Positions 1-11,519 of a stretch of DNA of 64,000 nt are shown one piece after another. Source of the DNA: Mobula hypostoma (Eukaryota); contig NC_086097.1 in the NCBI RefSeq assembly GCF_963921235.1, positions 173,478,001 through 173,542,000 of the forward strand. Reading direction: 5' to 3'. A program made the position numbers and the translations under genes. Under the pieces are notes generated by a model. It saw only the letters and a program-made list of their open reading frames with translations. It did not search any database and was not told where the DNA came from. Position 1 is the first letter of the stretch. Every line of letters starts with the position of its first letter.

Positions 1-160
1 GCGAGAGAGAGTGAGAGAAAGCAAGCGAGCGAGAGCGCGAGTGTGAGAGAAAGCAAGCGAGAGTGAAAGCAAGCTAGAGCGTGCGAGCGAGAGAAAGCGA
101 GAGCGCTTAAGAGCGCGCGAGCAACCACGAGAGAGAGAGAGAGAGAGAGAGCGCGCGCGC
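1..160. repeat. (GA)n/(GC)n-rich compound microsatellite, probably internal to the hAT-derived element that follows
   Basis: GAGAGA/GCGAGC/GCGCGC runs over the first 160 nt. Confidence 0.85.
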
Positions 161-161
161 T

Positions 162-499
162 ATGGCAGAGTGTTCCAAAAAAATATAAAACGTACGTCAC
201 CTCAGACTACACTAAAGTGTACCCCTGCCTAATAGGAATCAAAATAATGACAGTGTTGCTCGCTGCACTGTTTGCAACAGTGACTTTTCTATTGCCCATG
301 GTGGGTTAAGACTGTAAAAGACATGTTGAGGTGAGTTTAACAGGTGTCATTCGTTCATTAGCATAGCTAACGTTATTTAAACTAGCTGGCTAGCTGCTAA
401 GGAGCTACGCTATTGCAGAGATCCCACCTCTCCCAGAAGTCTCCCACAAATTGATGGTGCTACCTCCCTGAAATGAGTTTTTACAGTGTGGGATGTCTG
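162..499 (+). mobile_element. hAT-derived non-autonomous DNA transposon (right part), carrying a frameshifted first exon of a transposase with a BED-like zinc finger
   Basis: From ATG162, across frameshifts, it reads KYKTYVTSDYTKVYPCLIGIK / DSVARCTVCNSDFSIAHGGL / DCKRHVE (CxxC...H...H), followed by the donor GTGAGT at 331. It ends GTGGGATGTCTG (488-499), with an inverted copy CAGAGATCCCAC at 416-427. CR1 RT sequence begins immediately after. Confidence 0.65.
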
Positions 500-978
500 A
501 AACAGGCCAAAGTCAGCAGGGTTTTCTAAAGGGGAAAATTTGCCTGACAAATCAGTTGGATCTCTTTGAGGAAATAACAGGCAGGATAGGCAAAGGAGAG
601 TCAGTGGATGTTGTTTATTTGTATTTTTGGAAGGCCTTTGACCAGGTACTGCACATGAGGCTGCTTAACAAGATAAGAGCCCATGATATTACAGGAAAGA
701 TATTAATATGGAAAGAAGATTGGCTGACAAGCAGGAGGCAAAGAGTGGGAATAAAGGGGGACTTTTCTGGTTGACTGCAGGTGACTAATGGTATTCCACA
801 GGGGTCTGTGTTGGGACCACTTCTTTTCACATTGCATATCAATTATTTGAATGAAGGAATTAATGGCTTTGTGGCCAAGTTTGCAGATGATACAAAGATA
901 GGTGTGGCGGGGTGGGGGGGGGAGGTAATGTTGAGGAAGTAGGGTGTCTACAGAAGGACTTAGCCAGATTGGAGGAAT

Positions 979-1134
979 AGTCATAGTCATACTTTATTGA
1001 TCCCGGGAGAAATTGGTTTTCGTTACAGTAGCACCATAAATAATAAATAGTAATAGAACCATAAATAGTTAAATAGTAATACGTAAATTATGCCAGTAAA
1101 TAATGAAATAAGTCCAGGACCAGCCTATTGGCTC
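979..1134 (-). mobile_element. 3' tail of a LINE (Rex1/Babar-like) inserted in CR1
   Basis: On the minus strand AATAAA is followed by an (ATGACT)n tail; the CR1 reading resumes at 1135. Confidence 0.55.
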
Positions 1135-1430
1135 AATGGTCAAAGAAGTAGCAGATGGAATATAAATGTGAAGAAGTGCATGGTCATGCACTTTGGCGCA
1201 AGGAATAAAAGTGTGTACTATTTTCTGAATGGCGAAAAAATTAAAAAATCAGTGGTGTGGGGGAATTTGGGAGTCCTTGTGCAGGATTCCCTAAAAGTTA
1301 ACTTGCAGGTTGCGTTGATAGTAAGGAAGGCAAATGCAATGTTAGCATTCATTTCAAGAGGACTAGAATGCAAAAGCAAGGATGTAATGCTGAGGCGTTA
1401 TAAAACATTGGAGAGACCACACTTGGATTA

Positions 1431-1566
1431 CTGCCACCTGATGAAGGGTCACACCCAAAACATCAACTGTTTATTCCTTTCCACAGGTGCTGCCTGGCCT
1501 GCAGAGATCCTCCAGCATTTTGTGTCTGTTGCCTTGGATTTCCAGCGTCTGCAGATTTTCTTGTGT
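1431..1566 (+). mobile_element. Penelope-like 3' terminal module (hammerhead motif plus tail) inserted in CR1
   Basis: CTGATGAAGGGT...GCTGCCTGGCCTGC..CCTCCAGCATTTTGTGT, homologous to 23033-23130; TSD TTGGATTA at 1423-1430 and 1567-1574. Confidence 0.8.
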
Positions 1567-1699
1567 TTGGATTAGTGAGCTGTTTTGGGCCTCTTATCTA
1601 AGAAATATTGTGTTGGCATGCCAGAGGTGGTTCACATGAATGAACCCAAAAATGAAAGGGTTAACATATGAGGAGTGTTTGATAGCTCTGGGCCTGTAC

Positions 1700-2520
1700 T
1701 CACTGTCATAGGAAAGATGCCATTACAATGGAAAGAGTGCAGAAGAGATTTACAAGTATGTTCCCAGGATTCCAGTTGTGAAAAGAGTTTGAGCAGCTTC
1801 AGACTTTATTCACTTGAGCACAGGAAAATGAGTGGCAATCTTATTATCAGCGTCATCATTATCATTTTGTGTTGTGCCGGATGACATGGGAGATCATGGT
1901 CTTGACCATGATTGTTCTTGGAAAATTGTTCTACAGAAGTGGTTTGCCATTGCCATCTTCTGAGCAGTGTCTTTACAAGGTAGGTGACCCTAGCCATTAT
2001 CAATACTCTTCAAAGACTGTCTGCCCTGGTGTCAGCATATAACCAGGACTTGTGATATGCATCAGCGACTCACACGACCATCCACCACCTGGTCCCATGG
2101 CTTCACATGCCCCTGATTGGGGAGCAAAGCAGGAATTACAAGGAGTTCCTTACACATCCTTTGGTAGAGACATATCTCCACCCCACAATCTTAAACAGCT
2201 GTATAATATCATGAGGGGCACAGAAAGGTGAATTTGCAGAGTCTGTTTCCCAGGGTCAGGGAATGAAGAACTGAAGGGCATAGGTGTAAGGCAAGAGGAG
2301 AGAAATGTAATAGGAAATAGAGGGGCAATCTTTTAACCCAGAAGGTGGAATAAGCTGCCAGAGATCAAGTTTGAGGCTAGTACTTTAACAACATTTAAGA
2401 CACTTTGACAGGTAGATTGATAGGAAAGGTGTAGAAGGACATGGGCCAGGCACAGGCAAGTGAGAATCTTGATTGGCATGAACCAGTTAGGCTGAAGGGC
2501 CTGTACCTATACTGCATGAC
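1700..2520 (+). mobile_element. CR1 3' end fragment interrupted by a SINE
   Basis: LQWKECRRDLQ/RLYSLEHRKM region followed by a CR1 3' UTR ending GGGCCTGTACCTATACTG. Confidence 0.7.
1845..2185 (-). mobile_element. SINE with an RTE-type (Bov-A/Sauria-like) 3' segment
   Basis: Minus strand reads GGCAATGGCAAACCACTTCTGTAG...CAATCATGGTC and ends in an (ATG)n tail; homologous copy at 60700-60995. Confidence 0.6.
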
Positions 2521-3059
2521 TTGTGACTTTAAATCAATTTTTCTCCAGAAGTCAAAATGAACAATTTCAATGAATTTTTGAAATTCATCCATCAAGGAAG
2601 ACAGAGCTGATTAATAAGCCGAAATTATCCAACATACAATGAAAAACTGTTGTATAATTAAAGCCTAGAGAACAGAGCACTTCTACATATCAGAAAAAAA
2701 ACAGGATTCTCATCTCCAGACAAAAATAACTTCAGAACGACCTAAGAAAATCTTAAAGATTACGAAAATATTGCCAAGTTAAGACACAGTGAGGTTAAGA
2801 CACTGCAGCAGAAACTAGAACTTAGAGCACTAATTTCAAAGTATTTGCTAATACAGAGGATTCTGATCAACTGGTCCATCAGTTCAGCAGAACAGTTTCT
2901 AACTAGCATCAGTCGTGTGAACTTATGTGGCTGTCAGACACTACACTGTAGAGCAAATACAGTTTTAAACAGCATCACTTAAGTGTGTCTGTGTTCAAAA
3001 AGCAGTGATTTTTCTCACTGATAGTTGGTGAGAAATAAGCAGTAAGGCAATTTTGAATT

Positions 3060-3400
3060 ATTTTGGTCATTGTAGTTTCATGTCCAGTGGAACGAGTAGT
3101 CCCCCCCAAAGTGGGGTCTTCCTTGGTTGCAGTGAATAACCATGAGTTCTTTTGTGGCTTATCATGCCCTTCACTCTCCATAGTGTTGCAGAACAGCCTT
3201 CTTGGCCACTGGATCTCACTGTTGATCTCATCATCCAGTCCTTCGGAACTGACTTCACATGCGAGGCCAGGCATGTCCCTGTTTCATCAGGGTATGAGGC
3301 CCACCAGCTACCTTCACCTGGTTTAGCCCACCGGTTGAAGTGCTGTACCAGAGTGTGGCCACAGTCACTGCAAACAGCTACTTAAGCCACAGGTAACAGC
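3060..3400 (-). mobile_element. Interspersed repeat, probably RTE-clade related
   Basis: GC-richer block abutting a CR1 fragment; resembles RTE 5' regions (recall only). Confidence 0.35.
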
Positions 3401-3404
3401 TGAT

Positions 3405-4150
3405 GCATCTTAATCCTCTGGATGGGCCTCCCATGACCAATTTGGTCAAATGCCTTATTAAAATCCATGTGGGCAACATCCACAGCTCTACCTTCATCAT
3501 TCATCCTCATCACTTCATCGAAATACTCAATCAGGTCAGTAAGACACGACTTGACCCGCACAATTAGAGAGAGCCATGCTGGCTCTACCTAATTAGGCCA
3601 TGGTTTTTCAATACTCATAAATACTATCCCTAAGAATTCTCTCTAGTAACTTCCCTACCACTAATGTGAGACTCACCAGTCTATAGTTTCCAGGATTATC
3701 CCTGGTTCCCTTCTTGAATAATGAAACAACATTTGTTTTTCACCAGTCCTCCAGGACCTTGCCTGTGGCTAGCAAGGACACAAAGATATAGGTCAAGATC
3801 TCAATAATCTCTTCTCTTGCCTCTCCCTATAACCTGGATTATACATATCAGGCCTTGGGGGCTTAACAAACTTAAGGCTCTTTAAGAGACCCGAAGTGAC
3901 TTCTACCTTTACCTTGAAATGCCCTAGCTTATCAATTGGCTCAGTTCTGATCTCTCTATCCTCCACATTCCTTCTTGGAAATACTGATGAAAAGGACCTC
4001 ACCCACATCCAGTGCAACCAAGCAATGTTCGCTCCTTTATCCTTGAGTGCTCCTACCCTCTCTCTAGTTATCCTCTTGCTCTTGATGTATATATAGAATG
4101 CCCTGGGGTCCTCTTTAATCCAATCTGCCAAGGTTTTTTCATGGCTACTC
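3405..4150 (-). mobile_element. CR1 LINE ORF2 fragment
   Basis: IKEDPRAFYIYIKSKRITRERVGALKDKG and KPPRPD motifs; GNYRLVSLT region. Confidence 0.85.
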
Positions 4151-4482
4151 CTACCCTTCAACCATCAGCCTCTTCAATCACTCATCCCAACACTGAACTG
4201 TTCCCGCAACCTATGGACTCACTTTCAAGGACTCTTCATCTCAGGTTCTCAATAGTTATTGATGATTTATTTAGTATTATTATTATTTTGTTTGTTTTTG
4301 TTCTTTTTGTATTGCACATCTTGTTGCCTTTTGCACATAGGTTGGTTGTCCGCCTTGTGTACATTTTTTCATTGATGTCTTGTGTTTCTTTGTATTTACT
4401 ATGAATGCCCACAAGAAAATTATTCTCAGGGTAGTAGATGGTGACATATATATGCCTTGATAATAAATTTATCTTGAACTTT
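4150..4482 (+). mobile_element. Rex1/Babar LINE 3' UTR
   Basis: Ends AGAAAATTATTCTCAGGGTAG...GATAATAAATTTATCTTGAACTTT, the tail type shared with other Rex-like copies. Confidence 0.6.
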
Positions 4483-6069
4483 AAAATAAATAAATCTAAA
4501 TGATTATAAAATGAGCATTTTTAAATGATTATAAAATGAGCATCTTCTAACATGTAAGACAAAACTCACCAACACACGTCACACAATGTAAAGCTCCATT
4601 ACTGAAAATTTATCTACTTTTATAACAGTCACTGAGACCAAGCACAGATGTTAAGAAAACAGAGCACACACAGCAGTAACTTTTAAAGGAAGAGACTTGA
4701 GATGTCATTTGAAAAGTTATGCTTTACATATTATGACTTTCCCCTAAAAACAATCACCATTTATCGTAAACGCTTTCTAATTTGGATTTGTTTTGTTCTT
4801 AAGAATGAGCTTTAATTAGTAGATATGTCTGAAAATTCCCATTTCACATGATATCTCTGAAAAAAAGATGCTACATTTCATGTGGAATCTTTTTTGAAGG
4901 AAAGACTCTTAGAACATGGTTTTCCACATGTGCCCTAACACATTTTCCATACTTCTGAAACTCAAGAGTGTGATGTTCTTTCAAGTTTAGCTGGAACATT
5001 CATTTGCACCATGGAGTCTAGAAATGAGTTGAACATGCAGCCAAGCTGTGCATTTTTCAGCACACAACAAAGCAAAATAGCCATTTTTACTGATTTTATT
5101 TGAAAAGTGCACCCCACCAACTGGAACAAATAGAAATTGGGCATAAAATCAATTCCAGTCACTTAAAACCACAGAGATTTTCTGATGAGATTGACATGTT
5201 TAATTACTCAGTTACCCCCATTCTCCCTGGGACTGGTGATGCCACTATGTCTAACAGATGGGAGCTACAGGCACAGCCGCCAATTTCTTGGGCTCAAAGT
5301 GCATTACTTCAAAAAGACTATCATCCAACCTATGGTTTTATACAGATGAAGGTTTCTATTGTGGGTGAAGATTCTCTGAGACATAAAGAGTTTTTTGGCA
5401 AACTTATTTTGACTGGTTTGCGGTCAATTAGCAGGCAGAAGGAGATTGTAGTGCAAGACATTCTATTTTTAAAGTACAGTTTGAAAATTTTGATTATTTA
5501 TCTTTTGTCAGGATGTTGTATTCTTAGTTGCTTATTTATTAAATAGAAAGTATTCTCAAACATTCAAGATATAGAAAGATATTTCTATAAGTTTAACTCA
5601 TTCCATTGCTATGTCTTGCGTTGGACAACTTCCACAAATGCCAAAAACTAAATTCTTTCCACAATGCTGCAGTACAAGTAATTTCCCTATCCAAAGAGAA
5701 CAATCTACTACATGAAGGTCTACTCAATTAGAAAATTAATACTCAACCCGACTACAGAATTTGTCATTTTTCTCGCAGTGAAAATGGCCTAAAAGGCTTG
5801 GCAGAAAGGCAAAGACAAAACACCTATTACTTGAGTATAAAGGACATGTGTGGGAATAACAAGCAAAGCAATTGGACGCAGATGACTTAATGACCCAGGC
5901 TTACAAAGGCAGCATGGCAAAGTCAGGCTTGGCCTTAGATATTTCAGCAGAAAGTACAGAGCCCTCGTGCCAGGCAGCTATTTCCAGACACACACATTTT
6001 ATATTTCAAATCAAGTTTTTCAATATGCTTTGTAGAACTCCCTCAGTTAATTCAATTTATTCATTAGAT

Positions 6070-6490
6070 CTGTTGGAGGAGCTCAGTGGGTTGAGTAGCA
6101 TCTATTCGGGGGGATAGGGGTATAAAATTGGTGATATTTCAGGTCGAAAGCTTGCATCAGGACTGAATTGATAACTACTCTGTCTTCACTTCCTTGATTC
6201 TGTAGTGCTTTCTAACTAATCACAGCAGATTGAATAAATAATTTAAGAAACAAAAAATGGTACGTATGCATGTATTTAACTTGTCCATACGCACATTATT
6301 TGTTTTGCTCCAGATACAGTAAGAAGTGAGAAGGTGGTAGATGAAAAAGCTGAAGATGAAGGAATCTAATAGGAGAGGACAGTGGGCCATGGAATAAGGG
6401 GAAGGAGGGGAACCAGAGGATGGTGATGGGCAGGTGAGGAGAAGAGAAGAGGTGGGCTGAATGGAGGGTAAGAGAAGGAAGGAGAGGATA
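6070..6490 (-). mobile_element. Penelope-like 3' terminal fragments
   Basis: GGAGGAGCTCAG...GCATCTA...CATCAGGACTG (6075-6165) and purine-rich AGGAATCTAATAGGAGAGG (6310-6490), homologous to 47880-48165. Confidence 0.6.
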
Positions 6491-7891
6491 GAATATCAAG
6501 TAGTCATTTATTATTTCTTCTGAGAGTGAATCACCTCACTACACAGGAATAAAGCAGCTGTCAACAACTGTACAGTGGTGGATTGACAGGTGCAGTGAAG
6601 CATAACCATAAATATTACTTGAAAAGGGCTCAGGTTCCATACTGGATTGTAAACAGAAATTATTCCTAAAGTGAAGGAGACTGACACTGCACTGCCAGTT
6701 GAAGTGAGGATAGGGTATTGGGAAGGCACTACGTATGACAACCATTAAATACAAATTCAAACAGTGGTTTGGCTGTTGACCACTTGCTAACGTGATCTTT
6801 TCTGCTCTACTGAAAACCTCGGCACTATCAGAAGTTGGCCCCACCTATCTACGACCACCAGTGCATTATCTGAATGTCAACCAATGCTAACACATCGAAC
6901 CATTCTGAATAACAGATTGCATAATGGGCAATTAAAATATTCAAGATATTATGAGCCTGTTATTCATCACTCCTAGGATGTCAGGTAGGTAACTTAGATG
7001 TGTCAGCATCTTCGGCACTTAATGTGGGGAAATACAATTCCCAAGCTCTCACATACCCCTAAAGGATTTCTTCATGAAATGACAACATGTCTCCCTCAGA
7101 TAATTATTTTAAAGCACTATGCTTAAAAATAACACTAACTTCATTCTTAAATATGGTGATGTTTCAACTTAATCTAAATATTTTTGTCCCATTCTATATT
7201 TTCACTCTGACAAATATTTAAAAGCTTACTTAAAAGCCAGATCTTCAACTTGACTGACTTGATGACATCATTCCATAATTCCAGAGATCCCTTGAATTGA
7301 TACCACATTGAGAAAGTGGTCGTCTAGGCCACAAAGATCAATAAATCTTTCTGGGCAGCTTACTTTAAGCTGAAATTTTTGAGGAAAGCTTTCTTCTAGA
7401 TGAGCACTGTTGTTTCATTGCTGATAACAAAACGAATTCATCAAATACATAGCATTGTAAGTGGTTTCTTTGGTATTGTTATACTCTTCAGCTGTTAATC
7501 ATTGGCAGAGCAAGGCAAAAATCCTATGGCTTTAGTTCGTACAGTTTGTAATGATTTCCAATAGAAAAAAGGGTTTCCAATTTTACTTTTGTAAATTCCT
7601 AATGAACTTGTTATTACAGAAAATTGAGCCTCACTGATTGACGGATAGGTTATGTCTAATTAGTCTTTGAACAGAAATTAAGAAAGAACAAGTACCTCCT
7701 CGCTGCACTGCAAGTAGAAAAGAACAATATGCATACACCTATTAGGATTTAGATGGTTTGGAACCAATTACATCATGAACTGCAGCACTGCATGCTTATC
7801 AGTGGCAAGTAATTACATTCAGGAGTAAATAACACTACCAGAGACCAGCTGAAAAATTGCGTGCATTACTCCATCTCTGCTTGCTTACGCC

Positions 7892-8719
7892 ATAAGACAA
7901 AAAGACCATAAGATTTTGGAGCAGAATTAGGCCATCTGGCCCATCGAGTCTGCTCCAACATTTCAATATGGCTGGACCACTTAACCTCTTAGCCTTAATT
8001 TCCTGTCTTCTCCCGGTATCCCTTCATGCCCTGGCCAATCAAGAATCTATCAACCTCTGCCTTGAATATACATAATGATTTGGCCTCCACAGCTACCTGT
8101 GGCAACGAATTCCACACATTCCCCACTCTCTGGCTAAAGAAGTTCCTCCTCATCTCTGTTTTAAAATGACGCCCCCACCTCCCCCATCCTGAGGATGCGT
8201 CCTATAATCTCTCCTATGGACTCACCCACCATAGGATAGATCCTCTCCACATCCATTCTATCAAGGCCTTTGACTATTCAATAGGTTTCAATTAGGTCAC
8301 CCCTCATTCGTCTGAATTCCAGTGAAGACAGACTCAGAACCATCAAACACTCTTCATATAGAAAATCATTCAGTCCTGGAATCATTCTCATGAATCTCCT
8401 TTGCACCCTTTCCAGTTTCAGCACATGCTTTCTAAGATAAGGGGCCCAAAATTACTCACAATATTCCAAGTGAGGCCTCACCAGTACTTCATAAAGTCTC
8501 AACATTACATCCTTGCTTTTATATTCGACTCCTCATAAAATGAATGCTAATATCGCACTTGCCTTCCTCACCACAGACTCAACCTACAAATTAACTTTTA
8601 GGGAATCCTGCATAAGGACTCCCAAGTCCATTCACCTCAGATTTTAGTATTTTCTCTCTCTATTTAGAAAATAGTCAACCCTTTCATTTCTTCTACCAAA
8701 GTGCATGACTATTCACTTT
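7892..8719 (-). mobile_element. CR1 3' fragment
   Basis: (CCATAAGA) tail; VRPHLEY and MHFG motifs on the minus strand. Confidence 0.85.
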
Positions 8720-8724
8720 GTAGG

Positions 8725-10087
8725 GAATGTATGGTGTAGGGAAGTGTATGATCATGCACTTTGGTAGAAGGAATAAAGGGGTACATCATTTTCTAAATGG
8801 GATAAAATTCAAAACTCTGAGGTTTGGGAGTCCTTGTGCAGAATTGCCTAAATGTTAATTTGAAGGTTGAGTCTGTCTATCTGAGGCTTCCTTCAGTCAG
8901 AGTTGACCAGGGATGTTGCATTCTGTCGAGATTTGCGAGCCTGGGCAGTACGATATGGAGAGCAAGCTGTTGCCCATGGAGCAAGCTCCATCTCTCCACG
9001 CATTTAATGAACCCAAAGGAATGGCAAACACCGATACAGTTTGGTACCAGCAATGTCACAGGAGCTGCCAGTCAGCACTAAATTCAACCTTAGGTACTCC
9101 AGCTCCGGATCTTTCCCTCAGAGTTTACTCCCAAAGCCTTCCGCATGAGTGGGTATAGCCGCAAGGCAGTGAACGTTTGAGATCAGAGTTCTCCTTCTCC
9201 TAGACGAGCTGCCCACCACGGTTGACGAGCCCCAACTGCCCAAATCGACTGGTTTTAAGGTGCCAGTAACCCACCTTTTTCCCTTCCCTTGGTGGTAGAA
9301 ACGGTTCTGCCCGGCTTAGTAGCTAAGGCACACATGAAGGCCAGGAGCTGGACTTGGTTGTCAGAGGTTATTTGAGGCACGTGCCATTGGGAGCACTTAA
9401 TAGGTAGTTGGAGCTTGTTCCCATTACCACCACCAGGAAGGAAGACAAATGCAATGTTAATATTCATTTCGAGAGAACTAGAATATAAGAGCAAAAACGT
9501 AATGCTGAGGCTTTATAAGGCATTGATTGGATCACACTTCTGAGTACTGTGAGCAGTTTTGGGCCCCTTATCTAAGAAAAGATCTGCAGGCATTGGAGAG
9601 GATCCAGAGCAGGTTGATGAGAATGATTCTGGGAATGGAAGGGAAAGGGTTAACATATGAGGACTGTTTGATGGCTCTTGGCCTGTACTTGCTTGAGTTC
9701 AGAAGAATTGGGAGGGGGGAGTGGATTTCATTGAAATCTATCAAATATTGAAAAGTCTAGATAGAGTAGATGTGGAGAGGATGTTTCCTATTGTGAGTGA
9801 GTCTAGGACCAGAAGGCACAGCCTCAGAATAGAGCAATGTCCATTTAGAACACAGATGAGGAGGATATTATTTTTAGCTGGAGGGAAGTGAATCTGTAGA
9901 ATTTCATTGTTGTGGAGGCCAAATCAATAAGTAAGTTTAAAGCAGAGGTTGATAGTTAAGGTGTCACAAGTTATGGAGAGAAGGCAGGAGAATACTGTGG
10001 AGAGGAATAATAAATCAGCCATGATGGAATGGCTGAGCAGACTCGATGGGATGAATAGCCTAATTCTGTTCCTGTCTTATGGTCTTA
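8725..10087 (+). mobile_element. CR1 3' fragment (head-to-head with 7892-8719), interrupted by a SINE
   Basis: KCMIMHFGRRNKG and YCEQFWAPYLRKDLQALERIQ; ends TCTTATGGTCTTA. Confidence 0.85.
8875..9434 (-). mobile_element. ~560-bp SINE-like insertion in CR1
   Basis: Splits CR1 at GGTTGAGTC|..AGGAAGACAAATGCAATG; its 3' part is homologous to the 3' half of the SINE at 47183-47489. Confidence 0.65.
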
Positions 10088-10089
10088 TC

Positions 10090-10665
10090 ATCACTGCTAA
10101 ACATGTTAAAATTTGTTGTTTTATGGCAAAAGTACCGTACAATACATAAAATATTACTTTAAGTTACAATAAGAAATATTTTATGTAGAGATACAGCATG
10201 GTTTCAGACCTTTCCAACTCAATGAGCCTGCACCACCCTATAAAACCAAGTTGACCAATTAACCTGCTATCCGGTACAACTATGGGAGAAAACAGGAACA
10301 CCCAGAGTAATGGTCAAAGTAAATAAATAGTGAAAAAAAGAGCAAAATAATGAGGTTGTGTTCATGGACCATTCAGAAATCTGATTGCAGAGGGGAAGGA
10401 GCTGTTCTGAAAATACTGAGCTTGTGTAATAATGAAAAGAAGGCATGTCCTAGATGGATGACATCTTCCTGAGTCACCAGCTTTTTAAGATTTCCTCTGT
10501 GGTGGGGAGTGTTGTGCCCACGATGGAGCTGACTGAGTCTACTAACATCGGCAGCTTTTTGTGATCCTGTACATTGCAGCATACCATACCAAGCGTTAAT
10601 GCATCTAATCAGAATGCTCTCCACTGCACAATTGCTAGAGTCTTTAGTGATGTAGCAAAGCTCCA
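10090..10665 (-). mobile_element. Rex1/Babar LINE 3' fragment with a nested V-SINE piece (~10185-10305)
   Basis: CAVESILIRCINAWYG and HLGHAFFSLL motifs. Confidence 0.75.
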
Positions 10666-11396
10666 CAATTTAATAAATACTTTCAATAAAAGACAACTGC
10701 ACTGCACTACCAAGAATTTGAAGATATCAGGAGACCCTTTCGTAAAACTAAAGTGCACAGGAGTTTCAACATTTCATGCACTGATGAGCTCAGTTCCCTT
10801 TATTTTTACTCAATCCTCCTGATAAATTTCGCCATCAAATTTGAGAATTGCATTCTTTTCTAATGTGAAAGCATTTACGTCTCAATTGCAACAATTAAGG
10901 AGGAGGCATGTCGATGGTTCCGGTTCTACAACCACATTTACAACCGTACCATAAAAGGAGCAATGCTGCAGTTATTTCTTTGCCAAGTAATTATGAACAG
11001 CTTTTCTCATCACCTCAGTGTTTCCTTTTCACTTCAAGTAACAGCTCACTAAAAGATGCTACATTTTTAGATCTTATTATCCTTTAATTGCTTGTAGGCC
11101 AAATATCTCACCTTTCCTTCAGGTTAAGGAAAGAGCTGCATCACTGAATGTGATTTGGCCAAACTTACTGCTTTTAACATTGTCACTTGCTTTAAGCCTG
11201 CAACATGGGAGTGAAAAGCTCCATTTTTGTTTGCCATGTAAAAGTCAGGATATTACACTGCAATTTAAATACTTTACATACACTTCCAGGCTCTTTTCAG
11301 CCAAGGTTATTTATATAATTTAACTCCTCAAGCCTGATGTTTATGCTTCACATAAACACTTCTGGCTTTGAATGTAGTACTCCAAAGCTTTATTTA

Positions 11397-11472
11397 CGTG
11401 TGTGTGTGTGTGTGTGTGTGTCTGTGTGTGTGTGTCTGTGTGTGTGTATATATATATACACACACACACACA

Positions 11473-11514
<42 letters not shown>

Positions 11515-11519
11515 TATAT
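11397..11519. repeat. Compound (TG)n-(TA)n-(CA)n microsatellite forming an imperfect palindrome
   Basis: Seen directly. Confidence 0.95.

Larger units (their letters stand above)
500..1700 (+). mobile_element. CR1 LINE ORF2 (RT) fragment, degenerate, interrupted by two insertions
   Basis: QSQQGFLKGKICLTN, DVVYLYFWKAFDQV, GIPQGSVLGP, KFADDTK, KCMVMHFG and RPHLDY motifs. Confidence 0.9.

Noticed and set aside
4497..4543. Direct repeat of TAAATGATTATAAAATGAGCAT
   Set aside because: Simple local tandem duplication with no further structure
5100..5546. 148-aa ORF in unique DNA
   Set aside because: Non-ATG start, no recognisable motif or exon boundaries; compatible with chance
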